Source: an uncultured Bacteroidota bacterium | GTDB taxonomy: Bacteria; Bacteroidota; Bacteroidia; JADZBD01 | Direction: 5' to 3' | DNA: 64,000 nt | Assembly (NCBI GenBank): GCA_937924855.1 | Contig: CALEYQ010000071.1 | Span: 10,507-74,506 of the forward strand | Part shown: positions 9,761-19,232 of the stretch, in pieces | Position numbering within the stretch: the first letter of the stretch is position 1 | Layout: each line of letters starts with the position of its first letter | Translations under genes and position numbers: made by a program | Notes under the pieces: model-generated | Seen by the model: only the letters and a program-made list of their open reading frames with translations | Database searches by the model: none | Told to the model about the DNA's origin: nothing

Positions 9761-11997
9761 ACCGATAAGCCTAAAAATGTAATATCATCTGTCTGTTCCG
9801 TTTCTCCCATCCAGGAAAGCAATAATTCGCGGAGATCGTTTTCCTGTTGTTGGAATCGAAGTCCCGATTTTGAAAGAGTTTTCATTATTTTTTCTTGTGA
9901 AATTTTCTTTTTAGTAGCCTCCCCTTTTTGATCGGCGAATCCATCGGAGAATAAATAATATTGATCGCCCGGGGCCTTAGAAAAAGTAATTTCCCTGAAA
10001 GTGGTTTCCCCGGAAAGTCCCAGAATTTTCTTTTCTGTTTTAAGGGAAGATAGTTTATCCGGATTATCCTGTTTTCTTATCCAAAGGGGTTGTCTGCAAG
10101 CGGCATAGGTCCCGGTCCCATTTTCTTCGGGTAAATTAATTATGGAAATGTCCATCCCCAACACATCATTGCCATACAGGCTATGTTTCTCAAAAAGGAT
10201 TTGGTTTAATCGGGTTAACAATGCCTCGGGCCGGTGATTTTCCTGAAGCCGGGTTAACTGCTCCAGCATTTCATAGGCTAAAAAAGACATATAAGCCCCG
10301 GGAACACCATGGCCCGTGCAATCAACCACGGCCAGGAGTGTATAGCCCGTAAATTCCTTTACATAATAAAAATCTCCACCAATTTTTTCCTTCGGTTTAT
10401 ACAGAAGAAAGGATTTCCGAACCGGATTTTTAAGTTTTGTCAGATCCGGCAAAAATGATTTTTGAAGTTCATAGCCGAATTGTAACTGACGGATGAGATT
10501 GCCATGAATTTTCTCGGCTTGATTTTTTTTTGATTCTATTTGATGGTTTAACGAGGCAAGTTTGGCTTGTTGCTTCTTTTTTTCGTTAATGGAATAGTAG
10601 AGCAAAAAGCCAAAGCCCGTTACCAGAATGATTAATGCGGCAGAGGAAGCAAGAAACAGATTTTGTTTTTTAATCGCTGATTTTTGATTTTCGATGGACA
10701 GCAGATGCAAGGCATTTTCTTTTTCGAGCAATTCAATTTTATTTTCTTTTTTTTCCGCCTCAAAGGCGGTTTGCATTTCATTCATTTCTTTGCTTCCTCC
10801 GGAACGAAGCAAGCTGTCTTTCAGCCGGGTGTATGCACCAAAATATTCTGCAGCCAGGGCTTGTTTATTGGTGCTCAGGCACAAGCCGTAAAGTTGTTTC
10901 AGGCAATTTGATTTTTGTTCTCTGAGTCCAACCTTTTCGGAAATGGACAAAATTTCCAACAGCAGGTTTTGTTCTTTTTCATAGTTTTTTAATTGGTGGT
11001 AAATTTCCGATTGAACCGTAAGAACTTCGGCCAGGCTGTGCATTTCATTTTTTACTCTGAAATATTGTTCGGCACTTTTAGAATACCGAAGGGCCTCGCC
11101 AAACTCTTCGGTTTCAAGGTAAGCCCGGGCCAAATTGTTGGAAATGGTAGCCAGCCCCTGAAGGTTGTTTATTTTTTTGGAAGCTTGGAACCCTTCTTTG
11201 AAAAAATGAAGTGCCTGGCCGGGTTGTTTCAGTTCCAGATATTGAACGCCCAGGTTTGTATAAAACACTGATAAAATATATAAGTCATTTTCTTTTGAAG
11301 CCAGTTCAATGCCTTCAAGATAAGTTTCGATGGCCAGATCACGGTTTCCGTTTATCCCATACATGAGGGCCATGTTATTGAGGGCAAAAAGAGCTCCACT
11401 GCCATTCCCTGATTTTTTATAATACCGGTAGGCCTGGGTAAAATATTCCAGCGCTTTTTCATGTCGGCCCTGGTAACGGTAAACACTGGCTAAATTGTTA
11501 TAGGTGTTGGCCAATCCGGCCGTATCTTTTTTTTGCAGTTGGAATTTTTTTGCCTGCTCATGTTTTCGAAGGGCCTGGTCATAGTCGCCCATAATAAAAT
11601 GAATGATTCCCATATTGGAAATAACAGAGGCCATGGAAGCGGTATCGTTCAGAACTTTGCGACAGGCAAGTGCCTTTTCATAATAAAATAAAGCGCTGTC
11701 ATATCCACCCTGGAAATGAAAGGATATTCCAATGAGATTCAGGGCAAGTGATTTTCCCCTTAAAAAATTTATTTTTTCACTTAGGAGAAGGGCCTGTTGT
11801 CCATATTTTCGGGCAGAATCTCCGTTGCTTCTTTTATATTCTAAACCCAGGTTTGACAGGGAAATGGCTCTGGTAGTATCGGGAATTTTTTTCCTTAATT
11901 CCTGGCGGATTGAATCTTCTCTTTCCTTATGGGAAGAAAAAACAAAGATTCCGAGGAATGCGATTACCCCAAAAATGTACCTGCTTCGTAAAATCAA
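9757..11997 (-). CDS. transmembrane TPR-repeat protein with C-terminal SpoIIE/RsbU-type PP2C serine phosphatase domain
   Basis: N-terminal TM/signal, about 430 aa of TPR repeats, a second TM (LFLASSAALIILVTGFGFLLYY), a coiled coil, then GGDFYYV and VVDCTGHGVPGA PP2C metal-binding motifs. Confidence 0.85.
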   Translation of the reverse strand: MILRSRYIFGVIAFLGIFVFSSHKEREDSIRQELRKKIPDTTRAISLSNLGLEYKRSNGDSARKYGQQALLLSEKINFLRGKSLALNLIGISFHFQGGYDSALFYYEKALACRKVLNDTASMASVISNMGIIHFIMGDYDQALRKHEQAKKFQLQKKDTAGLANTYNNLASVYRYQGRHEKALEYFTQAYRYYKKSGNGSGALFALNNMALMYGINGNRDLAIETYLEGIELASKENDLYILSVFYTNLGVQYLELKQPGQALHFFKEGFQASKKINNLQGLATISNNLARAYLETEEFGEALRYSKSAEQYFRVKNEMHSLAEVLTVQSEIYHQLKNYEKEQNLLLEILSISEKVGLREQKSNCLKQLYGLCLSTNKQALAAEYFGAYTRLKDSLLRSGGSKEMNEMQTAFEAEKKENKIELLEKENALHLLSIENQKSAIKKQNLFLASSAALIILVTGFGFLLYYSINEKKKQQAKLASLNHQIESKKNQAEKIHGNLIRQLQFGYELQKSFLPDLTKLKNPVRKSFLLYKPKEKIGGDFYYVKEFTGYTLLAVVDCTGHGVPGAYMSFLAYEMLEQLTRLQENHRPEALLTRLNQILFEKHSLYGNDVLGMDISIINLPEENGTGTYAACRQPLWIRKQDNPDKLSSLKTEKKILGLSGETTFREITFSKAPGDQYYLFSDGFADQKGEATKKKISQEKIMKTLSKSGLRFQQQENDLRELLLSWMGETEQTDDITFLGLSV

Positions 11998-12016
11998 TAA
12001 AAAGAAATTATGGTTG

Positions 12017-13033
12017 TCACAGGAAATCTTCCTTGTTTAATTTGAGCCAGTTTAAAGCTGAGCCTGCCAACAACATTTCCATGGTGCCAGAATCTAAACC
12101 CATGGTTTTTATTAGCTGGCCCGGATTATTTTCTCCCAAGGGAAAAGGGTAATCGGATCCGAGAGCAATTTTATCTGCTCCGAATTTTTCAATCAGCACC
12201 TTTAGCATCACCGGGTCGTGAACCAGGCTGTCGAGCCAGAATTTACCGAGGTAGTTTTTGGGCGGAACCGGATTGTCAACCGCCGTAAGGTCCGGACGGC
12301 AATCGAAGCCATGCTGGATTCTTCCGATAGTAGCGGGAAACGAACCACCTCCGTGAGCAAAGGCAATTCTCAATTGAGGAAGGTTTTCCAAAACGCCGGA
12401 AAAAATCAAACTGCAGATGGCTCTTGATGTTTCCGCGGGCATACCTACCAGCCAGGGGAGCCAGTATTTCTGCATATACTCTTCACCCATCATTTCCCAG
12501 GGATGCACCATCACAGCCATAGAAAGTTTTTCGCAGGCCTGAAAAAATTCAAAAAATTCAGGATCACCCAGATTTTTTTGATTGACATTAGAGCCGATCT
12601 GAACGCCCGCGAGTCCAAGCAGTTTGCACCGTTCAAGTTCCTGAATGGCGAATTTAGGATTTTGCAGGGGAACCGTTCCCAATCCTATGAACCGTTTCGG
12701 ATACCGGTCGATAACCGAAGCCATGTGGTCGTTCAGGAATTGAGCAACGCTCAATCCGTGTTCGGGCTTAATCCAATAATTGAACATAACCGGAACAGTA
12801 CTTAAAACCTGAACATGTACCCCTTGATGATTGCAATCCTTAATTCGGGCTTCGGGTTCCCAACAATTTTCTTCAATTTCCCGGAAAAATTTCCCGTCGT
12901 CGCGCATCATTTTTGCACAACAGGGCTTGTGATGTTCCAGATAAATAAACCCGCCGTAGCCGAATTTCTCCTTCCATTTCGGAAGTTCTTTCGGCAAAAT
13001 GTGGGTATGTATGTCGATGGTGAGTAAACTCAT
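12017..13033 (-). CDS. 2-amino-3-carboxymuconate-6-semialdehyde decarboxylase (ACMSD; amidohydrolase-2 family)
   Basis: Near full-length colinear similarity to metazoan/bacterial ACMSD: IDIHTHILPKE, FGYGG, ENCWEPEARI, LSTVPVMF, KYWLPWLVGMPAET, AFAHGGGSFP, LGSDYPFPLGE. Confidence 0.9.
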   Translation of the reverse strand: MSLLTIDIHTHILPKELPKWKEKFGYGGFIYLEHHKPCCAKMMRDDGKFFREIEENCWEPEARIKDCNHQGVHVQVLSTVPVMFNYWIKPEHGLSVAQFLNDHMASVIDRYPKRFIGLGTVPLQNPKFAIQELERCKLLGLAGVQIGSNVNQKNLGDPEFFEFFQACEKLSMAVMVHPWEMMGEEYMQKYWLPWLVGMPAETSRAICSLIFSGVLENLPQLRIAFAHGGGSFPATIGRIQHGFDCRPDLTAVDNPVPPKNYLGKFWLDSLVHDPVMLKVLIEKFGADKIALGSDYPFPLGENNPGQLIKTMGLDSGTMEMLLAGSALNWLKLNKEDFL

Positions 13034-15021
13034 TTTCCTTTTTTTGCGGCTTCCACCTGATTGAATTTGGTAAACCAGGGTTGGGCTTCTTCATTTCTGC
13101 CCATGTTCTGATAGGTGGCGGCAATAAATTTATAGGCCAGGGCGTAATTTTTGTCTACTTCTATGGTTTTCTTGAAATAGTAAATTGCTTTTTCGAATTC
13201 TTTGTTGGCCTCCTCAACCTTCCCCTGAGCCTTCAGGTTCTCACCTACAGTACCGTAAACCGATCCCAAATTGCAGAGGGCATCGTTATATTCGGGATTG
13301 AGTTCAATGGCTTTCTTGAAATAAAATTCCGATTCCACAATTTTTCCTGTGGAGAACAAACAGGTTCCGTAGTTATTGTAATAGGTGGCATTGTTGGCAT
13401 TTAATTCCATGGCTCTTTTATAGGCCACGGCCGCCATTTCGTAATTTTTTATCTCGAAATAAATTTTTCCTACCTGGTTGTGGGCATCCGGAAATTGTTC
13501 CCAGATGGAAAGTGCTTTGGTTAATTCATCAAGGGCCAGTTTTAAGGTGGCTTCCTTTGTTTGAGGGTTCATTACAGCCAGACTGTCTTTGTTGGTTATC
13601 ATATTGGCATGATAAAACAACATATGGGCTGAGTTAGGAACGATTTTGATGTCATTATTAAAGAGGGTCTTTACGGTTTCCCAGTCCTGATTCCTCGACC
13701 ATGTTTTCGCAAAAAAGGGCAGACAAAGGAGTCCGACAACACCGGCAATTTTTGAATTTTGCTGAAAAAAATCACTGATGCCGGAGTAATAGGAATTGTC
13801 TTCCGTTTTAAAGAGGCGACTTAACAAGACAACCACGGCCAGAGCAAAGCCCAAAGAGGGGGCATACAATAAACGGTCGGCCATATTGGTTCCAATTATG
13901 GTAAACAAATTGGAGGCAATAGACATGGTGATGAAGTAAAACAAGATGCAAAAGCTGAGCAGGCTTTTTTCTTTGAATTTTTTAAGGGCAAAAATCAGGA
14001 GGAATAGGTGAACCCCGAGGGAAAGCAGGAACCAGGGGTTGCCAAAAGAAGTTATTATAGGAATGGTATTGTAGGAATAATCGCAGGATAGGGGATGGGG
14101 GAAAATCAGGAGCTTTAAATACAAGCCCAGAATATAAATGGCGGTGGCTTTTTGGTGGGCGACATTATCGGTGGCCATCAGGGAATTATCCACCACCGGA
14201 ACCCTGCCCAGGGATGGACTAAATCCTCCTACCACAGAATAGTGGATAATCAGGTAAAGGGCGGTTACTCCTGCCATGATGATCGAAATCCGGATGAGTT
14301 TTTTCTTAGGGTCTTTGAAAAAGAACCAGATGGCCAGTGGAAAAACAGCGAGATATGTAATGGACGACTCCTTACTAAGCAAACTCAGGAAAAAGCAGAG
14401 GCCGGAAAGCAGGGCAAATTTCATGTCCTCGCTCTTCATATAGCGGTAGATACACCATAATGCTCCGAGCAAAAAGAGGAAGCTCAGAATTTCGTCGCGA
14501 CTTTTGATATTCGCAACTACCTCGGTATGGATGGGATGTACGGCGAAAATCAGGGTGGTTAAAAAAGGGATGATGAGGTTTCCTTTCAGAAATTTATGAA
14601 GCACGAGAAACAGGAGCCAGGCGGTAAAGGCATAGAGCAAAACATTAACCCAATGGCTCAGGGCGGGATTGTCTTCGGAAATGTCCCACTCAATGGCAAA
14701 CATGATCTTGGAAAGAGGTCGGTAGAGTCCGCTTTCGTCATTTCCCGTTCCTGCCCGGTAGGTTGATGTCAGAATTTCGGGAATGGCAGAAACACCCTTT
14801 TGGGTCATTGTATTTTCCTTAATTACCGAAAAGTCGTCGAGAACATATTTGTGGTTAAGGGTATTTGAATAAACAAGGAATGCGATGAAAACCAGGATGA
14901 GGCCGGCGGTTTTTAAGATTTTAGGGCTCCCGGCAGTAGTTGTTTTGGGCTGGGGTGGCTTTGGGGAATTGCTTGCCTCGGAAACCGAGAACTTTTTTTT
15001 CTTTTTGGCCATGGCTCTCAA
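13030..15021 (-). CDS. TMTC-like membrane protein: N-terminal multi-TM GT-C/DUF1736-type domain plus C-terminal TPR repeats (putative protein O-glycosyl/mannosyl-transferase)
   Basis: About 10 predicted TM helices followed by a TPR-rich C-terminus (YKRAMELNANNATYYNNYGTCL...). It is a paralog of 21596-23227, and its stop overlaps the ACMSD start by 4 nt. Confidence 0.75.
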   Translation of the reverse strand: MRAMAKKKKKFSVSEASNSPKPPQPKTTTAGSPKILKTAGLILVFIAFLVYSNTLNHKYVLDDFSVIKENTMTQKGVSAIPEILTSTYRAGTGNDESGLYRPLSKIMFAIEWDISEDNPALSHWVNVLLYAFTAWLLFLVLHKFLKGNLIIPFLTTLIFAVHPIHTEVVANIKSRDEILSFLFLLGALWCIYRYMKSEDMKFALLSGLCFFLSLLSKESSITYLAVFPLAIWFFFKDPKKKLIRISIIMAGVTALYLIIHYSVVGGFSPSLGRVPVVDNSLMATDNVAHQKATAIYILGLYLKLLIFPHPLSCDYSYNTIPIITSFGNPWFLLSLGVHLFLLIFALKKFKEKSLLSFCILFYFITMSIASNLFTIIGTNMADRLLYAPSLGFALAVVVLLSRLFKTEDNSYYSGISDFFQQNSKIAGVVGLLCLPFFAKTWSRNQDWETVKTLFNNDIKIVPNSAHMLFYHANMITNKDSLAVMNPQTKEATLKLALDELTKALSIWEQFPDAHNQVGKIYFEIKNYEMAAVAYKRAMELNANNATYYNNYGTCLFSTGKIVESEFYFKKAIELNPEYNDALCNLGSVYGTVGENLKAQGKVEEANKEFEKAIYYFKKTIEVDKNYALAYKFIAATYQNMGRNEEAQPWFTKFNQVEAAKKGK

Positions 15022-15075
15022 AAGTAAGAAATCGGACCGGATTTAAAAGCGGAAAAGAAAGCAATAAATCTGTTT

Positions 15076-17064
15076 TTGCACTACCGGCATAAACCTATAT
15101 TTGCAGGAACGGCCCCTGGCAGTTTAAGGGGATCTTCAGTAATATTACATCCGGCCAAAGTACTTGTTTCCATGAGCATCATAATCGAAAAATTCGAAAC
15201 CGAATTCAGTAAGTTACAGAGTCCGGAAGAACAGGTAGATGCTATACTGGCTTTTTCGCTCAATTACCTGGAATCGAAAAGAGAATATTGCCTGGAAAGG
15301 GCGAAAGCGGCTATGGAAATTTCCCTCAAAAGCAACTACAGGGATGGCATAGTGCTTTCAAAATTTCTGAACGCCTTTCTGCTTAACGAATACCATGAAT
15401 ATGCCAAAGCCGAATCGGAGCTCAGAGATGCGATTTCAGGTTTTGATTCCTTGAAATCGATACGCGCAAAGGTTATTGCTTCTAATTTTCTGAGTTATTT
15501 TTTATGGTATATGGGTCGGTTTGATGAAGCCCTCTCTGTTATTTACAAAGCCCTTGAAATTACCGCCGATGTGGAAGATCCTCAGCCTGTTGGATGGGTA
15601 CATTATGCACTGGGAACCTTTCATCACGACCTAAATGATTTTTCACAAAGCCGGACCTATTTTGAAAAGGCTCTTGCCTTTTTTGAGAAAGCCAAATACC
15701 CCTATGGAATGGGCAGGAGTAAGAACGGGCTTGCCTCTCTCTTGATCCGGGAGGGAAAATACACTGAAGCCCGTGCTATACTTGAGGAATTGCTGGTTCT
15801 TTACCGTAACCTTGAAATGTCGGCTGCGGAAGGACGAACCCTCAGCGACCTTGGCGACATAGAATTTCGGGAAGGCCGGTTTGAGGACGCATATTCCCTT
15901 TTCCGGGAAGCTCTTGATCTCAGGCGGAGAATAAATCACAAACAAGGCAAAACTACCTCCCTCATTCAGGTAGCCCAATGCCTTTTTGAACTTGGAAAAA
16001 CCGATGAGGCTGAAAAAATAATTGCCGAAGGCCTTGAGATGGCCCGCGAAACGAATACCCGTGTCAAGCAAGCCCAATGCCTTCATCTTTTATACCGGAT
16101 TCATAAATCTAAGGGACAACCCGGCGAGGCCCTGACCTATATGGAAAAATTTTATGAGATTCGCTCTCAGGTTTATGGTGACCAGTCCGCAAACAGAATA
16201 AAACAGATTCAAGCGGCTCATGCCTCTGCCTCGGCCCGGAAAGATGCGGAAATTGAACGCCTGAAAAACGTTGAACTAAAACAAGCCCACGATCAAATCC
16301 GGGAAAAAAACAAGGAGATTCTCGATAGCATTACCTATGCCCGCCGCCTCCAGGATGTGATACTTCCTGCCGAGACGGAAATTGAAAAATCATTTAAAGA
16401 GGCTTTTGTTTTGTATCAGCCCAAAGATATCGTTGCGGGCGATTTCTATTGGTTTCACCGGCAAAACGACTTTGTTTATTTTGCACTGGCCGACTGTACC
16501 GGACACGGGGTTCCGGGTGCTTTGGTAAGCCTCATTTGTCACAACGCCCTGAACCGGGCCCTGCTGGAATATAAAATGGAAAGTCCGGGTGCTATTTTGG
16601 ATAAAACCCGGGAGGTGGTTACCGGTTTTTTTGGTAAAGGAAATCAGCATGTCAGAGACGGTATGGACATAGGGTTGTTTCGATATCATCCTCCTTCCCG
16701 TGAACTTGTAATTTCTTCGGCCAATATTTCATTCTGGATTTTTAATTCGCCCAATAATCTTCCTGAGAAAATTTCCGGACAAAAACAACCGGTTGCTTTT
16801 TTTGAGAACCCAAAACCCTTTTCAGAGCTCCGGATTAAAACCGGACAAGGCACAAGGATTTATGTTTCCTCGGATGGTTATTTCGATCAGTTCGGAGGAC
16901 CGGCAGGGAAAAAACTGAAATCCGGGAATTTTTCAAAGATTTTGGGAGGTATACAGGGGCAGTCCCTGGACCGGCAAAGGGAAGAACTCCGGCAGAAATT
17001 TTTGGAATGGAAGGGAAGCCTTGAGCAGATAGATGATGTTTGTGTTGCGGGATTCACCTTTTAA
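15076..17064 (+). CDS. cytoplasmic TPR-repeat protein with C-terminal SpoIIE/RsbU-type PP2C phosphatase domain
   Basis: TPR repeats, a coiled coil, AGDFYWF and ALADCTGHGVPGA motifs, and no TM segment. The true start may be the internal ATG at 15172 (MSIIIEKF). Confidence 0.85.
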   Translation: MHYRHKPIFAGTAPGSLRGSSVILHPAKVLVSMSIIIEKFETEFSKLQSPEEQVDAILAFSLNYLESKREYCLERAKAAMEISLKSNYRDGIVLSKFLNAFLLNEYHEYAKAESELRDAISGFDSLKSIRAKVIASNFLSYFLWYMGRFDEALSVIYKALEITADVEDPQPVGWVHYALGTFHHDLNDFSQSRTYFEKALAFFEKAKYPYGMGRSKNGLASLLIREGKYTEARAILEELLVLYRNLEMSAAEGRTLSDLGDIEFREGRFEDAYSLFREALDLRRRINHKQGKTTSLIQVAQCLFELGKTDEAEKIIAEGLEMARETNTRVKQAQCLHLLYRIHKSKGQPGEALTYMEKFYEIRSQVYGDQSANRIKQIQAAHASASARKDAEIERLKNVELKQAHDQIREKNKEILDSITYARRLQDVILPAETEIEKSFKEAFVLYQPKDIVAGDFYWFHRQNDFVYFALADCTGHGVPGALVSLICHNALNRALLEYKMESPGAILDKTREVVTGFFGKGNQHVRDGMDIGLFRYHPPSRELVISSANISFWIFNSPNNLPEKISGQKQPVAFFENPKPFSELRIKTGQGTRIYVSSDGYFDQFGGPAGKKLKSGNFSKILGGIQGQSLDRQREELRQKFLEWKGSLEQIDDVCVAGFTF

Positions 17065-17082
17065 ATTATCCGACATTCTCCT

Positions 17083-19230
17083 TTGATTTGTACCTTAGTA
17101 TCCGGTATGCGGATATTCCTGGTATTGTTTTTTATTCTCCCCTTTTTTTCCAATCAGGCATTGCGCTCACAAACGCGGAAAATTGATAGCTTGAAAATTG
17201 CTTTTGAAAATCAACCCGACGATACCAACAAAATAAGAACCGGCAACACTCTGATTTGGGACTTAAAAGATTTTGACCCGTCCAAAGGTATTGAGATTGG
17301 AGAAAGGGTAATGGAGCTTGCAAAAAAGCTGAACCACAAAAGGGGCCTTGCATTTTGTTATAACAATCTGGCGGTAATATATCTCGATAAGGGAGATTAT
17401 CAGCAATCGCTGAAATATAATACCTGGTCGCTGGAAATTAAAAAGGAATTGAAACTGAAGGATAAAATTCCGGGTAGCCTCAACAATATAGGATTGGTAT
17501 ATAAAAACATAGGCGAGTACGACAAAGCCTTGTCGTTTTATTTTGAAGCCCTTAAAGTAAACGAAGAACTCAGGAATAAGAAATGGATTGCCACAAACCT
17601 TTCCAATATTGCCATTGTATATAAGGAAATGAAAAACTTTGAAAAGGCAGATGAGTATTACAAGCAAGCTTTAAAGGTTATTGATCCAAAGGAAGAGCCT
17701 GCCCAGTTTATGAATATTAATACCGGGCTGGGTAATTTATTCCTTCAAAAAAAGGAATATAAAAAGGCTATGGAGCACTATAGGAAAATTGAGGATTTTC
17801 TTGAGGAGAATCCCAATCCCAGGAGTGAAGCCATTAATTATTCAAACATGGGCCTGGTTTATAACGGGGAAAGGAATCATGAAAAGGCGCTTGAATATTT
17901 TCATAAGGCCCTGAGTATTTCCGAACGGCTCGGGGAAAAGACCAAGGTGGCTCTGCTTTCTGCAAACCTGGCCTCGGTTTATCTGGGCAAAAGGAAGTAC
18001 CACGAAGCAAAAAAGTACGCTCAAAATTCTTTGGATTTAGCGCGGGCACTTTATGCCAGAAAGGAAATTTCTCTTGCCCTGGAGTATCTGGCCAAAGCCC
18101 AATACGGATTGGGAGCATATAAAGAAGCCTATGAAAATATGGAAGAATTCGCCTTGTATAATGACTCACTCCAAAAAACCGACAGGGAAAGCCGTTTTGC
18201 TGAGGTAGAGGCTCGTTACAAAATAAAAAACAGGGAACTGGAAATTGAAAATCTCCAAAAAGAGAATTTGCTGAAGGAATCTGAATTGCGATTTAAAGAA
18301 GATTCACTCCGCAAACAAAACATTTTAGTGCTCACCTTCGCCCTCGGGTTTATTATTACCGGTGTAATGGCCTGGTTTATTTTCCGGGGTTATAAAGCCA
18401 AAACGGAAGCTCATAAAATTATCAGTCGCCAAAAGGAAATTGTTGATCAGAAAAACAACGAAATTCTGGATTCCCTGACCTATGCCAAGCGACTGCAGGA
18501 TGCTATTTTGCCTACACCTAACGAGATTAACCGGTTTTTCCCTGGTCATCAGTTGTTTTACCTCCCCAAAGATGTGGTGGCCGGCGATTTTTTCTGGGTG
18601 GATGAAAAAAACGATAATGGTGGGAACCCGGTATATTATTTTGCCGTAGCCGATTGTACGGGCCACGGTGTTCCCGGTGCCCTCGTAAGCGTGGTGTGTT
18701 CCAATGCCCTGCACCGCTCCCTGCATGAATTCAAAAAAATAAAGCCTGATGAATTGCTGGAAAAATGCCGGGATCTGGTTATTGAAACCTTCGAAAATTC
18801 CGAATCCCAGGTTCATGATGGAATGGATATTTCCGTGCTTGCTTTTAATTCTGCCACCCGCGAGATTCAATGGGCCGGAGCCAACCGTCCTTTATGGGTT
18901 TCCTTGAAAAAGGAAAACGGGAAAATAAAATCCTTTGCCCCCGATAAACAATCTGTTTCTTCCGGTGAAATGCGTAATCCTTTCACCCTTCACACTTTTT
19001 CTCCGGATCAGGGCGACCGTATTTTTTTGTTCACCGATGGTTTCGCCGATCAGTTCGGTGGACCTGAAGGAAAAAAGTATAAAACCAAAAACCTGAAACG
19101 CTTTCTGGAGAATTCCTTCAACAATCCCTTTACAGTAATGGGAAAAAGAATAAATGAAGAATTTTCAGGATGGAAAGGAAAATACGACCAGGTTGATGAT
19201 GTTTGTGTGTTCTGTTTTGAAATATCCTGA
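17083..19230 (+). CDS. transmembrane TPR-repeat protein with C-terminal SpoIIE/RsbU-type PP2C phosphatase domain
   Basis: Signal/TM N-terminus, TPRs, a second TM (ILVLTFALGFIITGVMAWFIF), AGDFFWV and AVADCTGHGVPGA motifs. Same architecture as 9757-11997. Confidence 0.85.
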   Translation: MICTLVSGMRIFLVLFFILPFFSNQALRSQTRKIDSLKIAFENQPDDTNKIRTGNTLIWDLKDFDPSKGIEIGERVMELAKKLNHKRGLAFCYNNLAVIYLDKGDYQQSLKYNTWSLEIKKELKLKDKIPGSLNNIGLVYKNIGEYDKALSFYFEALKVNEELRNKKWIATNLSNIAIVYKEMKNFEKADEYYKQALKVIDPKEEPAQFMNINTGLGNLFLQKKEYKKAMEHYRKIEDFLEENPNPRSEAINYSNMGLVYNGERNHEKALEYFHKALSISERLGEKTKVALLSANLASVYLGKRKYHEAKKYAQNSLDLARALYARKEISLALEYLAKAQYGLGAYKEAYENMEEFALYNDSLQKTDRESRFAEVEARYKIKNRELEIENLQKENLLKESELRFKEDSLRKQNILVLTFALGFIITGVMAWFIFRGYKAKTEAHKIISRQKEIVDQKNNEILDSLTYAKRLQDAILPTPNEINRFFPGHQLFYLPKDVVAGDFFWVDEKNDNGGNPVYYFAVADCTGHGVPGALVSVVCSNALHRSLHEFKKIKPDELLEKCRDLVIETFENSESQVHDGMDISVLAFNSATREIQWAGANRPLWVSLKKENGKIKSFAPDKQSVSSGEMRNPFTLHTFSPDQGDRIFLFTDGFADQFGGPEGKKYKTKNLKRFLENSFNNPFTVMGKRINEEFSGWKGKYDQVDDVCVFCFEIS

Positions 19231-19232
19231 AT

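Noticed and set aside
15076-15171. N-terminal 32-aa extension of the cytoplasmic TPR-PP2C ORF
   Set aside because: With this start only 54 bp would be left for the divergent promoter shared with 13030-15021. The internal ATG at 15172 (MSIIIEKF) is the more plausible start. I kept the track coordinates in the feature and flagged the uncertainty there.
8576-19230. Classifying the PP2C cluster as a classical RsbU/RsbV/RsbW partner-switching system
   Set aside because: No STAS (anti-anti-sigma) or HATPase anti-sigma/kinase genes are present in or near the cluster. Only the phosphatase side is visible, so that system label is not supported.
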